A program made the position numbers and the translations under genes. Source: Clostridia bacterium (GTDB taxonomy: Bacteria > Bacillota > Clostridia > Oscillospirales > CAG-272). From it: a stretch of DNA of 64,000 nt. Where the stretch lies: positions 3,959 through 67,958 of the forward strand of contig JAFTOG010000003.1 of assembly GCA_017451485.1 (NCBI GenBank), in the 5' to 3' direction. The notes below the pieces were generated by a model, which saw only the letters and a list, made by a program, of their open reading frames with translations, was not told the DNA's origin and did no database searches. This document shows, piece by piece, positions 11,385 to 21,734 of the stretch; positions within the stretch are counted from its first letter, which is position 1, and the number at the start of each line of letters is the position of its first letter.

Positions 11385-11983
11385 TGGATACCCTATTAAA
11401 ACCACTTAAGGAGCTGTCCGAGAGATTCCGTTCTCTTGACGGCGTAGGTAAAAAAAGTGCTGTAAGAATGGCATTCTCTGTCCTCAATATGAGTGAAGAG
11501 GATGCAGAAGCGTTTGCAAGGGCCATTTTAGACGCTAAAACCAAGATACAGCTGTGCAAATGCTGTCAGAGTATTTCCGAATCGGAAATATGCTCTATAT
11601 GTGCATCGGACAATCGGGATCACTCCGTTGTATGCGTTGTTGAGGATGCAAAAAGCATTATGGCACTGGAAAAGGTAAAGGAATATAACGGTGTATATCA
11701 TGTTTTAGGTGGTGTTATATCCCCTATGAAGGGTATAGGACCGGAAAAGCTTAAAATAAAAGAGCTCCTCGAGAGAATCAACGAGGAGGACATTGAAGAG
11801 ATTATAATTGCAACCAATCCCACAGTTGAGGGTGAGGCTACTGCTATGTATATTTCCAGACTGTTAAAGCCCTTTGAGATTACGGTCACAAGGATTGCAA
11901 ACGGTTTGCCCGTGGGTGCAGATCTTGAATATGCAGATGCAGTAACACTTTACAGAGCTATTCAGGGCAGACGGGAAATTTAA
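11384..11983 (+). CDS. recR: Recombination protein RecR
   Basis: An HhH domain (LDGVGKKSA), a C4 zinc finger (C..C....C..C) and a Toprim domain are present. Confidence 0.95.
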   Translation: MDTLLKPLKELSERFRSLDGVGKKSAVRMAFSVLNMSEEDAEAFARAILDAKTKIQLCKCCQSISESEICSICASDNRDHSVVCVVEDAKSIMALEKVKEYNGVYHVLGGVISPMKGIGPEKLKIKELLERINEEDIEEIIIATNPTVEGEATAMYISRLLKPFEITVTRIANGLPVGADLEYADAVTLYRAIQGRREI

Positions 11984-12000
11984 CTAAGACAGGAACAGAT

Positions 12001-13116
12001 ATGAAATACACTTTTTTTGACATAGAGTGCGCTAACTGCTTCCAGGGTCGTGGTAAAATCTGCTCCTTCGGATATGTTGTAACCGATGAACACTTTAATG
12101 TATTAACAAAAGAAGATATAGTGATAGACCCACATTCAAAATTCCATCTTACAGGAAGAGGAAACAGACCCGGAATAGTCCTTGCCTACAATGAGGAGGA
12201 GTTCAAGTCTGCTCCCAGATTTCCTCACTTCTACAGACAAATAAGAGAGCTGCTGACCGATAAGGACAGTCTTATATTCGGCTTTTCCGTTATTTCTGAT
12301 GCCGGATATATAAAAAGTGAGTGCGAACGGTATAAAAAGGAAATATTCGACTATGAATTTATAGATGTTCAAAGAATATTTACGGATATGAACTCACTTT
12401 CCAATACACCGTCCCTGCTCCACGCAGTTGAAAAATTTGATTCTGCCGAAACGCAGGATGTACATAAGAGTGATGATGATGCATTCCTCACTATGAAGGT
12501 GCTTAAGGGAATTTGTGAGTCCACCTCTCTTTCAGTTGCAGAGGTTATTGAAAAATATCCTAACGGTAAATGCTGGTGTAAGGAAGGCGTAATAGATACG
12601 GAATACACCAGATATAAAGAGCTCCAAAAGGCTCAGAAGCTTTCTAAAATGGAAAAGCTTACCTGTAGCCCGAGAAAAAATTGGATATGCTCATCAAAGG
12701 AAAATCACTATGAATTTTCAAAATACATATCAAGAGTATTCTCTGATTTTAAGGCGGACACGCCGCTTAGAAAAAAGAAAGTATGCATAAGCAATCTATA
12801 TGAGGATTACCATTTTGCAGAGATGATGAATATAGTTTCTCTCATTGCAAGGAATGGTGGCTCATATACATCCAGAGTGCAGATCTGTGACATATTCGTT
12901 GAAACAGAGCTTATAAACGGTAAGGGAGAGGAATATCCCTGCTATCGTAAAAGCAAGCTTCTAAGACTTATGGAAACAGAGGGGAAAAATGTTGAGATAA
13001 TAAGCTTCGAAGAGCTCCTTAATATGCTTGGAGTAACTGAGGATGAGCTTAAAATCTATGACAAAAATGCTCTTGCCCCCCTTAGAAAGAAGCGTAAAAT
13101 AAGAGCAAAGGCTTGA
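12001..13116 (+). CDS. DEDDh (DnaQ-like) 3'-5' exonuclease domain protein with an uncharacterised C-terminal half
   Basis: The three exonuclease motifs are Exo I FFDIE, Exo II GFSVISD and Exo III HKSDDDA. The ~170 C-terminal residues are unassigned and only possibly BRCT-like. Confidence 0.6.
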   Translation: MKYTFFDIECANCFQGRGKICSFGYVVTDEHFNVLTKEDIVIDPHSKFHLTGRGNRPGIVLAYNEEEFKSAPRFPHFYRQIRELLTDKDSLIFGFSVISDAGYIKSECERYKKEIFDYEFIDVQRIFTDMNSLSNTPSLLHAVEKFDSAETQDVHKSDDDAFLTMKVLKGICESTSLSVAEVIEKYPNGKCWCKEGVIDTEYTRYKELQKAQKLSKMEKLTCSPRKNWICSSKENHYEFSKYISRVFSDFKADTPLRKKKVCISNLYEDYHFAEMMNIVSLIARNGGSYTSRVQICDIFVETELINGKGEEYPCYRKSKLLRLMETEGKNVEIISFEELLNMLGVTEDELKIYDKNALAPLRKKRKIRAKA

Positions 13117-13129
13117 TAAAAGCTTAAAA

Positions 13130-13155
13130 CAGACGGGAAAAACCCGTCTGTTTTT
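13130..13155 (+). terminator. Intrinsic terminator after the exonuclease gene
   Basis: Hairpin CAGACGGG-AAAAA-CCCGTCTG followed by TTTTT. Confidence 0.75.
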
Positions 13156-13241
13156 GCGTTATTAAATAATTCTTGATGGCTCATGACGAAATCATAGAAA
13201 AGCCATTCGTCCTCACAATATCATAGACTGATTTGTCAGAA

Positions 13242-14885
13242 TTATTCTGCAGAGATTATATAGTAGTATACGGGCTGAGCACCGTTGTATACGGTGATTT
13301 CAGCATCTGTACCTGCCAATTTTACCTCAAAAATATTTGCAACTGCCTGAGCCTCATCCTCGGACACACCCTCGCCGTAATATATGCTTATAAAGCTCTT
13401 TCCACTTTCCTTAACCTTTTCTGCAAGAGCATCATACAAGACGGTAAGGTCCTTATCGGAGCAAAGAAGCTTATCCTTATACAATGCAAGATAATCTCCC
13501 TCCTTAATATCCATATCGTCAAAGTTGGAGTTTCTTGCAGCGTATGTAATCTGCATGGTGTCAACACCTGCTATAATCTCTGTCATAGCCTCTTTATTAT
13601 CCTCTACCTCTGCCTCGGGATCAAAGCCAAGCATAGCTGTAAAGCCCTGAGGAATGGTCCTTGTAGGAATTACAATCACATTCTTATCAGTTAGCTCTGC
13701 TACCTGATTTGCAGTCATTATAATATTTTTATTATTTGGGAAAATAAATACATTTTCAGCATCTATCTGCTCAACAGCCTTAAAAAGGTCCTCTGTTGAT
13801 GGGTTCATTGTCTGTCCACCGGATACAATTACATCCACACCAAGCTCTGTAAACATTGAGTTTATACCATCACCGTTGGCAACGGATACAAAGCCGTATT
13901 TTTTAAGCTCCTTTTTTGGCTCCTCTGCCTCTACAAGCTTATTTGTATGCTGTGTACGCATATTTTCAACCTTTACAGTCTCATATACTCCGTACTTAAG
14001 AGCCTCGCCAAGAACTGCGTGGGGGTCATTTGTATGAACATGTACCTTGATTATTTCCCCGTCATCTACAAGAACAATGCTGTCTCCCATTTCGTTAAGG
14101 TATGATTTTAAGGGAGAGGAGTCACTGTCTCCATCATGCTTTCTTACGATAAACTCTGTACAGAAGCCAAAGGTGATATCAGCTGTATCAAAGGATGAAA
14201 AATCTGCCTTCTCATTCGTCGCAGAATTACTAATCGCCTTAGGCTCATAGCTTACACTATCCTTGTTAAGTGCGTGAAGCATTGCCTGCATTACAAGAAG
14301 CCAGCCCTTGCCACCTGCATCAACCACTCCTGCCTTCTCAAGAACGGGATTTTGGTATACGGTGTTTGCAAGTGCCTTCTCTGCCTCTTTAATAGCAGCT
14401 GAGAGTACATATTCAAAGCTATTTTCCTCCTCTGCTGCCTTCATAGCTGCATCCGCACAGCATCTTGCAACAGTAAGGATAGTTCCCTCAGCAGGACGAT
14501 CAACGGATTTATACGCAGCCTCAACACCGTGCTGAAGTGCCTTTGCCCACGCAATACCGTCGCAATCTGTGGAGTTCTCAAGACCCTTTGCAATTCCTCT
14601 GAAAAGCAAGCTTATTATAACTCCGGAGTTACCCCTTGCTCCGTGGAGCATAGCCTTAGCTGTCTTTACAGCAACCTCTTCAATAGACGCATCCTTATTC
14701 TTAAGAAGCTCCTCTGCTGCATGTCCGATCGTCATAGACATATTGGAGCCGGTATCTCCGTCGGGAACAGGGAAAACATTAAGCTCGTTTATCTCCTCCT
14801 TGTTATCCTCAAGGCACTGAGCTGCATTTATAATGAGCTTACGGTATTCCTCTGCATTAATTTTATTGTGCTGTAGGTTTTCCAT
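13242..14885 (-). CDS. yloV: DAK2/DhaL-domain fusion protein YloV
   Basis: The N-terminal DhaL motifs DGDTGSNM and ARGNSGVI are followed by a YloV-type C-terminal domain. Confidence 0.85.
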   Translation of the reverse strand: MENLQHNKINAEEYRKLIINAAQCLEDNKEEINELNVFPVPDGDTGSNMSMTIGHAAEELLKNKDASIEEVAVKTAKAMLHGARGNSGVIISLLFRGIAKGLENSTDCDGIAWAKALQHGVEAAYKSVDRPAEGTILTVARCCADAAMKAAEEENSFEYVLSAAIKEAEKALANTVYQNPVLEKAGVVDAGGKGWLLVMQAMLHALNKDSVSYEPKAISNSATNEKADFSSFDTADITFGFCTEFIVRKHDGDSDSSPLKSYLNEMGDSIVLVDDGEIIKVHVHTNDPHAVLGEALKYGVYETVKVENMRTQHTNKLVEAEEPKKELKKYGFVSVANGDGINSMFTELGVDVIVSGGQTMNPSTEDLFKAVEQIDAENVFIFPNNKNIIMTANQVAELTDKNVIVIPTRTIPQGFTAMLGFDPEAEVEDNKEAMTEIIAGVDTMQITYAARNSNFDDMDIKEGDYLALYKDKLLCSDKDLTVLYDALAEKVKESGKSFISIYYGEGVSEDEAQAVANIFEVKLAGTDAEITVYNGAQPVYYYIISAE

Positions 14886-14910
14886 AAACGGATTCTCCTT
14901 ACGAATTTAA

Positions 14911-15798
14911 TTAGTTAATTCTTTCTTTTCCAAAAAAGAACAATGCAACAGTACCGGGACCTGTATGAGCACCGATGGTAGAGCCTATATTGTTTATAAG
15001 CACCTTACCATTAAGCTGAGGGAACGCCTTCTCAACCAAATCTGCAACTGCCTTAGCATCATCATAGCAGTCGGAATGGCTGATATAACACTTTCCATTA
15101 TATTCTTTACCGTTGTCAGCATTTTCAACCATTTTGTTAAAAATAGCCTTTATAACATTACTCTTTCCTCTTATTTTTTCTCTGGGAACAAGCTTACCGT
15201 TCAAGTCAACATTAAGAAGAGGACAAATTTTAAGGATGGTGCCAAACCATCCGGCAGCCTTGGAAATTCTGCCACCCTTAACAAAAAATGTAAGGTCCGT
15301 TGAGAAGAACCAGTGATGCACCTTTAATTTATTTTCATTTGCCCAGCTGTAAAGCTCATCAATGGACATACCGCCGTTTTTAAGATCTGCCATTGCATCT
15401 ACCAGTAAACCAAATCCACTGGAGGCAGCAAGGGAGTCAACTACATAAAGCTTTCTGTCCGGGTACTCTGCTCTGACATCCTCAGCAGCTAAGCGTGCTG
15501 AATTGTATGAACCGGAAAGTCCCGAGGAAAGGGATACATGTATAACATCCTTACCTTCGCTAAGGACAGAACGGAAATACTCGGCATAAGTATCAACGCC
15601 GATAAGAGATGTTTTTGTATCTGCACCATCTCGCATTGCCTGATAAAAGTCCTTATATGAAATAGTCTTTCCCAAATCATCCTTATAGTCTTTACCGCCC
15701 AGCTGATAATTAAAGCTGAGATATTTTACTCCTATTCTTTCAAAATGCTCTGCACTGATATCAGCAGGAGAGCATGCACTCAAAATATAATCACACAT
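14911..15798 (-). CDS. DegV family fatty-acid-binding protein
   Basis: The protein has typical DegV length and the blocks SLSSGLSGSYNSA and STIGAHTGPG. Confidence 0.88.
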   Translation of the reverse strand: MCDYILSACSPADISAEHFERIGVKYLSFNYQLGGKDYKDDLGKTISYKDFYQAMRDGADTKTSLIGVDTYAEYFRSVLSEGKDVIHVSLSSGLSGSYNSARLAAEDVRAEYPDRKLYVVDSLAASSGFGLLVDAMADLKNGGMSIDELYSWANENKLKVHHWFFSTDLTFFVKGGRISKAAGWFGTILKICPLLNVDLNGKLVPREKIRGKSNVIKAIFNKMVENADNGKEYNGKCYISHSDCYDDAKAVADLVEKAFPQLNGKVLINNIGSTIGAHTGPGTVALFFFGKERIN

Positions 15799-15912
15799 AT
15801 TATTTTCCTTTCGGGTATTTATTATCTGTTATAATTGTATCACCAACCGTGAAAATAATCTATCTACACAAAAAAATTTATTTTCTACTTCGTTATTTTT
15901 ATCTGTAGAATA

Positions 15913-15945
15913 TAAAAAAGCCACTCTACCAACCGTAGAATGGCT
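15913..15945 (-). terminator. Intrinsic terminator after the XRE-family gene
   Basis: On the minus strand, hairpin AGCCATTCTAC-loop-GTAGAGTGGCT is followed by TTTTTT. Confidence 0.7.
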
Positions 15946-15981
15946 AAAAAACAACTTAGGAGTGTCGATAATTTAATGTTT

Positions 15982-16629
15982 TTATTGATTATCTTGTTTT
16001 TTCTCAGGATTTGTTTGCTTTTCCTTTTGTGTAAATTTAATTGTTATCTTTATACGCAAGCAAAGGAATAAAATGAGCTCTGCAGGGATTGCAAGCAGGA
16101 AAAGTATCCAATTTGAATAGTCGCCCACTGCAAAATATACGGTTAATATCAAGCCTATAATTATCAGAGATATGCTAAAAAATGCACCTCTGCCCTTTTG
16201 CCATACAAATGTAAATACAGTAGCAACAATTCCAACAACCGGAATAGTGTATATAAATAACTGCCACATATAGCTATGCTTTATAATAGCTAACATAATG
16301 AATAAGATAAGAGCAACAGACCAAGTGGCAATAACAGCAATGTTGGTTATAATTTTGCGATTTCTCTTGAGGGGCTTTGTATCCACCTTTTTATCCTGTT
16401 CCGAGTGCTCAGACAAAATATAATCGGCACTCACATGAAACATAGCCATGAGCTTTTGAATAACATAAAGGTCGGGGAGACCGTCTCCTCTTTCCCATTT
16501 TGATATAGCTTTGTCAGAATAATTAAGCTTCTCACCAAGCTCAAATTGAGTAAGATGATTTATAGTACGGAGATAATATATATTCTGCCCCACAATACTC
16601 TTAAGATCCTTATCATCCACAGAGGTCAC
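15982..16629 (-). CDS. XRE-family HTH regulator fused to a 4-TM membrane domain
   Basis: An N-terminal Cro/C1 HTH (LTQFELGEKLNYSDKAISKWERG) is followed by four hydrophobic helices. Confidence 0.75.
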   Translation of the reverse strand: MTSVDDKDLKSIVGQNIYYLRTINHLTQFELGEKLNYSDKAISKWERGDGLPDLYVIQKLMAMFHVSADYILSEHSEQDKKVDTKPLKRNRKIITNIAVIATWSVALILFIMLAIIKHSYMWQLFIYTIPVVGIVATVFTFVWQKGRGAFFSISLIIIGLILTVYFAVGDYSNWILFLLAIPAELILFLCLRIKITIKFTQKEKQTNPEKKQDNQ

Positions 16630-16650
16630 TCCCTTCTTTTGTTTTCTACA

Positions 16651-16679
16651 ATTTTATCACAGAATTGTTGATTAGTCAA
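16651..16679 (-). promoter_or_regulatory. SigA-type promoter of the XRE-TM gene
   Basis: On the minus strand: TTGACT, a 17-nt spacer and TAAAAT. Confidence 0.5.
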
Positions 16680-16721
16680 GACTTTGTACATAAATTTATT
16701 ATATAATAAAGTATTATAACT

Positions 16722-16753
16722 AAAGAAATGCGTACAGACGTACGCATTTCTTT
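16722..16753. terminator. 14-bp perfect hairpin after the CvpA-like gene
   Basis: AAAGAAATGCGTAC-AGAC-GTACGCATTTCTTT. Confidence 0.6.
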
Positions 16754-16759
16754 ATATTC

Positions 16760-19096
16760 TTATGCATTAAACCAAGAGCTGGAATCCATACCGAATATAT
16801 TAGCTACAGCATCAAGCTTTCCCTTAAGAGCCTCATCCTCTGTGGAGTTGCCTGTTGCGTTATTCTCGTAGTAATTCTTAATAGCATCCTCAGCTTCGGT
16901 TTTGTCACTTTCACTCATATTGCCTGCAATTCCGAAGGGGTCTTCAACCTTTTCATTATTTTCATCCTTACCTGCACCTACAACGGCATCAGATACTATT
17001 GTAGAGGAAACGATGGTATCAATCAAATCGTCAGCTGTTACACCTGTAATGGATTCTCCCTCTGCTCCAAAGAAGCTGTCGGTAGACTCTCCATCGGTAG
17101 CAGATGCATCCTTCATAGTGTTAACGATAGTTGTAATTGCATCCATTTCCTTCTCTAACTCCTCGTCAGTCATATTTCCGGTTGCATTAGTCATACCGTC
17201 AATTACAGAGCTGATTGTATTGGACATTGTATCAGCCTCTTCACCGGACATACCAAAGTCCTCAAGAACATCTGAAGAAATAGCACCCTTCAAGGTTTCT
17301 GCTGTTTCGGGAGTCATTTCTGTTATCATATATTTAAGAGCTTCTTCATAGTTTTCCTCTGTAATACCTTCGTCATTTAAGGAAATTGCCATAATTGCAA
17401 GCTTCTGTGCTGATGCAAGAGCGTTTTCAAGCTTAAAGGACTTATCGGAAAGCTTATCTACGAAGTCATTTCCTAAGAATCCAAGCTCATCGGACATATC
17501 GGAATTAATCATTACCTTGAGCAAATACTCGCAGGAATCTCCAAGCAATACGCTTCCTCTCAGCATATCCATAGATGCACCGAGAGATGCAAGATCTGCA
17601 TTAAGAATAAATGCATTGGGATCATCGGGGTCAAGGTTTTCTGTAGATTCTGCAAAATCTACAAACTTTTCTATCACATTAGCAAAAATTTTCGCATCGT
17701 TTCTGATGTCTGCCTCTGTGACGGTGCTCATATCAACATGACCGGGCTTCGGAGTAGTATCGCCCTCTGCAGCAATGCTATCAGCAACGATATCAACTAC
17801 TAAATCGGATACATGACCGATAATAGGTCTTGTTCTTTCGTTTCTATAAACCTCTGTAAGAATCGCAGAAAGGAACTCCTCGTTTGTAGCAAGTACAATG
17901 GGATCGGGATCTTCCTTTGCAAGCTCAACAAACACGCCCTCGTCAATACATGTTGTAAGGAGATTGGAAATTGTACCTATATCGTCCTTGATATTTTCTG
18001 AATCTGTAGTTGAAAGAGTTACAAGCAATTCATCAAAAAGGGGCTGATACTCCTCATCTACATCTATTTTCTCAACTCCGAATACATCCTCACCGTTTGA
18101 CCATTTTTCGGAAACATAGGATACTACCTCAGAAACAGTAAAGGTAAGAAATTCTGACTCACTGAGCATAGTTTCTATATTTTCAATACCCTGCTTCTGC
18201 TCTTCTCCGTAATTTTCGGGATCCTCGTTAATCAACGGAGCCATATTTGCATAAACCTTTGCGAAGGTGGTAACCTCCTCAGCTCCCGAAACCTTAACTC
18301 CCTCTACATTCTTTGTGGCAAGAGAGTTGAATATAAGTCTGCCACCACATGCGTTTACGCCCTTGATAACAGGATGATTTATAATTGCACCAAATTCGGG
18401 AGAAATGATGCTGTCATCCTCATCCTCTACAGATGAACCGCTGCCACTGCTGAGCAGTCCTACCTCTCCCTTTCCACCTCCGATATCGGAGCTAACTCCG
18501 GATGCAGAGCCATCAAGGGAAACAGAATCAATGGTAACTGCAATATCGCCTACCATACCTACATAGCCAAAAATAGGAATAAGAAGAACTACTATAAACA
18601 AAGCATTTCTTATACCGCCTACAAGACCACCGAGAAGTCGGCTTCCTCCCCTATACTCGGGGCCACCGTTTTTGCCAACCACTATTCTTTCGATAATAAG
18701 CTTGGGAATCTTAATTAGTATACCGAAAAGAATGTAAACGGGGATAAATACTATAGGCGTCAAAAGTGCTGCCGGAAGTGCCAGAAGAACATTAATCATT
18801 GCCGGGTCACCGGAAAGCTGATTAATATATTCGAGGATACTGTCTACTGTGGAAGCCATATCGGGAACCTTATCCTTCAAGGTAATAAGGGTTTCCTTTA
18901 AGAATTCCACATCAGCAAGCTTGTTTGTGAGTGCCTTTGAAATTATGATAGATACAATAACGGATAAGACAACAAAGCCTATATCCATTAAGGATTTGTA
19001 AAAGCCCTTGCGTAAGCCTCGTAAAAAACCGAACAGGAATAATACGCCAACGGCTGCAAGAAAGCCTATTGTGATAATAGAATTAATAGAATCCAT
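16760..19096 (-). CDS. Large membrane protein with a CvpA-like N-terminal TM region and a ~550-aa highly acidic soluble region
   Basis: The start at 19096 (MDSINSIITIGF) has an AGGAG RBS. The N-terminal helices and the GFLRGL.KG motif resemble the CvpA family. The remainder is D/E-rich and matches no family I recognise. Confidence 0.5.
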   Translation of the reverse strand: MDSINSIITIGFLAAVGVLFLFGFLRGLRKGFYKSLMDIGFVVLSVIVSIIISKALTNKLADVEFLKETLITLKDKVPDMASTVDSILEYINQLSGDPAMINVLLALPAALLTPIVFIPVYILFGILIKIPKLIIERIVVGKNGGPEYRGGSRLLGGLVGGIRNALFIVVLLIPIFGYVGMVGDIAVTIDSVSLDGSASGVSSDIGGGKGEVGLLSSGSGSSVEDEDDSIISPEFGAIINHPVIKGVNACGGRLIFNSLATKNVEGVKVSGAEEVTTFAKVYANMAPLINEDPENYGEEQKQGIENIETMLSESEFLTFTVSEVVSYVSEKWSNGEDVFGVEKIDVDEEYQPLFDELLVTLSTTDSENIKDDIGTISNLLTTCIDEGVFVELAKEDPDPIVLATNEEFLSAILTEVYRNERTRPIIGHVSDLVVDIVADSIAAEGDTTPKPGHVDMSTVTEADIRNDAKIFANVIEKFVDFAESTENLDPDDPNAFILNADLASLGASMDMLRGSVLLGDSCEYLLKVMINSDMSDELGFLGNDFVDKLSDKSFKLENALASAQKLAIMAISLNDEGITEENYEEALKYMITEMTPETAETLKGAISSDVLEDFGMSGEEADTMSNTISSVIDGMTNATGNMTDEELEKEMDAITTIVNTMKDASATDGESTDSFFGAEGESITGVTADDLIDTIVSSTIVSDAVVGAGKDENNEKVEDPFGIAGNMSESDKTEAEDAIKNYYENNATGNSTEDEALKGKLDAVANIFGMDSSSWFNA

Positions 19097-19146
19097 ACTA
19101 ATCTCCTTTTCAAAATTTAATAATGCGGGTTCAATCAATATCGTGT

Positions 19147-20823
19147 TTAATCAATAATATTAATCTTTGCCTCAAACATATATGTATCTACAGGCAATGT
19201 ATAATCTATGCAATAGATTTTTTCTGTTCCACTTGATGTGTGAAGAGGAGCATCAACCACGGATATTACGGGAGAAATATCATCCTTAGGTGTAAGGCTT
19301 ACTCCGGATATAACAACAGTATTTCCGTTAACCTCGGGCACCTCTCGGCTTACAAATCTCTCGGTAACAGGTGTACCCTTATCTACATCGTATTTATCTA
19401 TAAGAGTTATTTCCTTTTCCTCGAGGACAAAGCTTCTTTCTATTTTTCTTACATAATCAAGTCCGTATGCATTTGCGAACTCGTATGTAGCGGTTTTTGT
19501 ATTTTCATCGTAGTCGATAATTACCCTTTCCCTCTTCTCTCCGTCTTGAGCCTGAGTCCCGAAATACGGAACATTATGAGACCAGGATGATGGGTGGAAA
19601 AAGGTATATCTTTCGGCACCGTGATAGCCCTTTGAATAATCGCCCGAGCCAAGATCCACAAATATCTGCTTGTTCCTGTGGGAGAGGATAAAGGAGCCTA
19701 CATCGTTATGATTATGGCTCTCACCGTTTGTACCCCCCTTAAGAGCTATACCGTAATGCTCTCCTCTTTTTATGAACCAGCCTGTATCTCTGAGGTTGTA
19801 TATTACGGGCTTAAGCTTATCGTCGGCAGTATATTCCTTCTTGTAATACAGAATGCTTCTGATTGCGAAGGCAAAATGCTGGTATGCCATTATTGTTCCC
19901 TGCTCGGAGGGGAGCTTATCAATATCCTCTCCGTAAATGGAACGAAGAAGATGTGGGAGTCCGAGCCAATATCCCTCCTTAAGGTTACAGTCACTAAATG
20001 TAACCATGGTATTTGTATCCATAAATGTCTTCTGTACAAATTCTGCAATAGCCTTAACCTTAGGAAGCCTGAAGAGATCCTCCTCCCCATTTGTAAACTC
20101 CTTAAGCATAGACGCATAAATAGCAAAGAAGCCAAAACCAAAGCCCCAGTATGCAGTACCCTCAACGCATACACCGTCATCGGCATAAGGTGCAAGATAG
20201 CAATCAACACTCTTTCTTAAACGGTCCTTATTTGCCAAGAATACATCAGGAGCCTCATACATAAGAGTGCATCCAACAGCTCCCGTGCATACGGCATTCC
20301 AGTTATTGTCATGCTTTTCCCAAAAAAACTTTTTATTGATATAAGGATCGATAATTCTGCGTCTTACCTGGTCGCTGATTCTATCCTTGATAAGCTGAGG
20401 GAGTCTGTCAGAGAGCAAATATTTGATCTCCGAGAGTGAAAATCCGATTGAAGCAGCATATATGTCCACAAGTGCAGGATCATACTCCTCAGGTGTTGTG
20501 TTGTAGTAGCTATTGTGGTGATTGAGATGTGACCAGGAGTACTCACCGCACATTACCCAGATTATGTCAACCAGATTGTTAAAATATTCATCGTTGTCAT
20601 AATAAATCATTGACAAAATAGCAGAGGACTGAAGCTGAAAGAGCTGTCTGTACCAAAGCATCTTGTCCTCTCCTCTTTCAAAATATGCATCGTAGGTGAT
20701 ATGACGGGGCTTTTCTTCAAATGCCCAATCGTATTTTTCCTTTATTTCTCTGCGATGTCTTGCAAAATCATCACTTTCACGCACATAGTCCCAAAATTTT
20801 TTATCCTTAGCAAAATCAAGCAT
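19147..20823 (-). CDS. Heparinase II/III-like (alpha/alpha toroid plus beta-sandwich) protein with no signal peptide
   Basis: The motif HNHNDVGSF is the H.H.D..SF signature of the heparinase II/III C-terminal domain, and NNWNAVCTG lies in the N-terminal half. Confidence 0.55.
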   Translation of the reverse strand: MLDFAKDKKFWDYVRESDDFARHRREIKEKYDWAFEEKPRHITYDAYFERGEDKMLWYRQLFQLQSSAILSMIYYDNDEYFNNLVDIIWVMCGEYSWSHLNHHNSYYNTTPEEYDPALVDIYAASIGFSLSEIKYLLSDRLPQLIKDRISDQVRRRIIDPYINKKFFWEKHDNNWNAVCTGAVGCTLMYEAPDVFLANKDRLRKSVDCYLAPYADDGVCVEGTAYWGFGFGFFAIYASMLKEFTNGEEDLFRLPKVKAIAEFVQKTFMDTNTMVTFSDCNLKEGYWLGLPHLLRSIYGEDIDKLPSEQGTIMAYQHFAFAIRSILYYKKEYTADDKLKPVIYNLRDTGWFIKRGEHYGIALKGGTNGESHNHNDVGSFILSHRNKQIFVDLGSGDYSKGYHGAERYTFFHPSSWSHNVPYFGTQAQDGEKRERVIIDYDENTKTATYEFANAYGLDYVRKIERSFVLEEKEITLIDKYDVDKGTPVTERFVSREVPEVNGNTVVISGVSLTPKDDISPVISVVDAPLHTSSGTEKIYCIDYTLPVDTYMFEAKINIID

Positions 20824-21044
20824 AATAATTCCTCCAACGGAAAACCTAATTCATGGTAATTGTACCACACAAAAATTGTTAATTCAATATCATATTAAAA
20901 AAAATATACAAAAAAATAAAATATGCTTGTCATACCTTTATTCCGGCGTATCACAACATAAAGAATTAACACTGTGCTATGGCCTCGTACCGTTGTAAGT
21001 AATGTGTAAAAAAGCAACAACAAAACAATTTAATGGTCAAATCA

Positions 21045-21073
21045 GTATAAATCTTCTTGTTTTGTAGATAATA
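21045..21073 (+). promoter_or_regulatory. Possible forespore (SigG/SigF-type) promoter of spoVT
   Basis: GTATA, a 17-nt spacer and GATAATA, about 38 nt upstream of the start. It resembles the GHATR-N17/18-CATxhTA consensus but has a G at the first -10 position. Confidence 0.35.
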
Positions 21074-21111
21074 ACTGTACAAATTTGTAAAACGAGGAGA
21101 TTTTTTAATAT

Positions 21112-21654
21112 ATGAAAGCCACAGGAATTGTACGAAGAATAGATGATCTTGGCAGGGTAGTTATCCCAAAGGAGATACGCCGTGTGTTCAGAATAAGGGA
21201 AGGAGATGCACTTGAGATATTTACAAGTCGAGACGGAGAGGTAATATTCAAAAAATACTCACCTATCGGAGAAATGACATCATTTGCTACCCAATATGTG
21301 GAGACACTGCACAAAATTTGTCAGATGTCCGTAGTTATTACAGATAGGGACAGCGTAATAGCCTGTGCCGGTGTATCAAGAAAAGAATATCTTGAAAAAA
21401 AGCTTACCGAGGAATTTGATACGATTATGGACAACCGTTCTCTGTTTTCTTCGTCGAACGACGGAAAAACCGTGTCAGTAGTCGACGGTGCCACAGGATA
21501 TGTAAAATACGCTATGCCGATTATTACCGACGGTGATGTGGTTGGATGTATAGCATCACTTGTTATAGATGGAGATAGCCGTGTAACAGACGGAACGGAG
21601 GCAAAGCTTATCCAGACGGCTGCTTCTTTTTTAGGTAAGCAATTCGAGGGTTGA
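21112..21654 (+). CDS. spoVT: Stage V sporulation protein T (AbrB-type swapped-hairpin plus GAF-like domain)
   Basis: The N-terminus is MKATGIVRRIDDLGRVVIPKEIRR..RIREGD.LEIF. The length is 180 aa. Confidence 0.88.
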   Translation: MKATGIVRRIDDLGRVVIPKEIRRVFRIREGDALEIFTSRDGEVIFKKYSPIGEMTSFATQYVETLHKICQMSVVITDRDSVIACAGVSRKEYLEKKLTEEFDTIMDNRSLFSSSNDGKTVSVVDGATGYVKYAMPIITDGDVVGCIASLVIDGDSRVTDGTEAKLIQTAASFLGKQFEG

Positions 21655-21734
21655 TATTCTGTAATGATACACAAGGCAAATTGCAAAAATATCATAAAAC
21701 CTCTACCCTGTGTCAATAATTCCAACTTATATAC

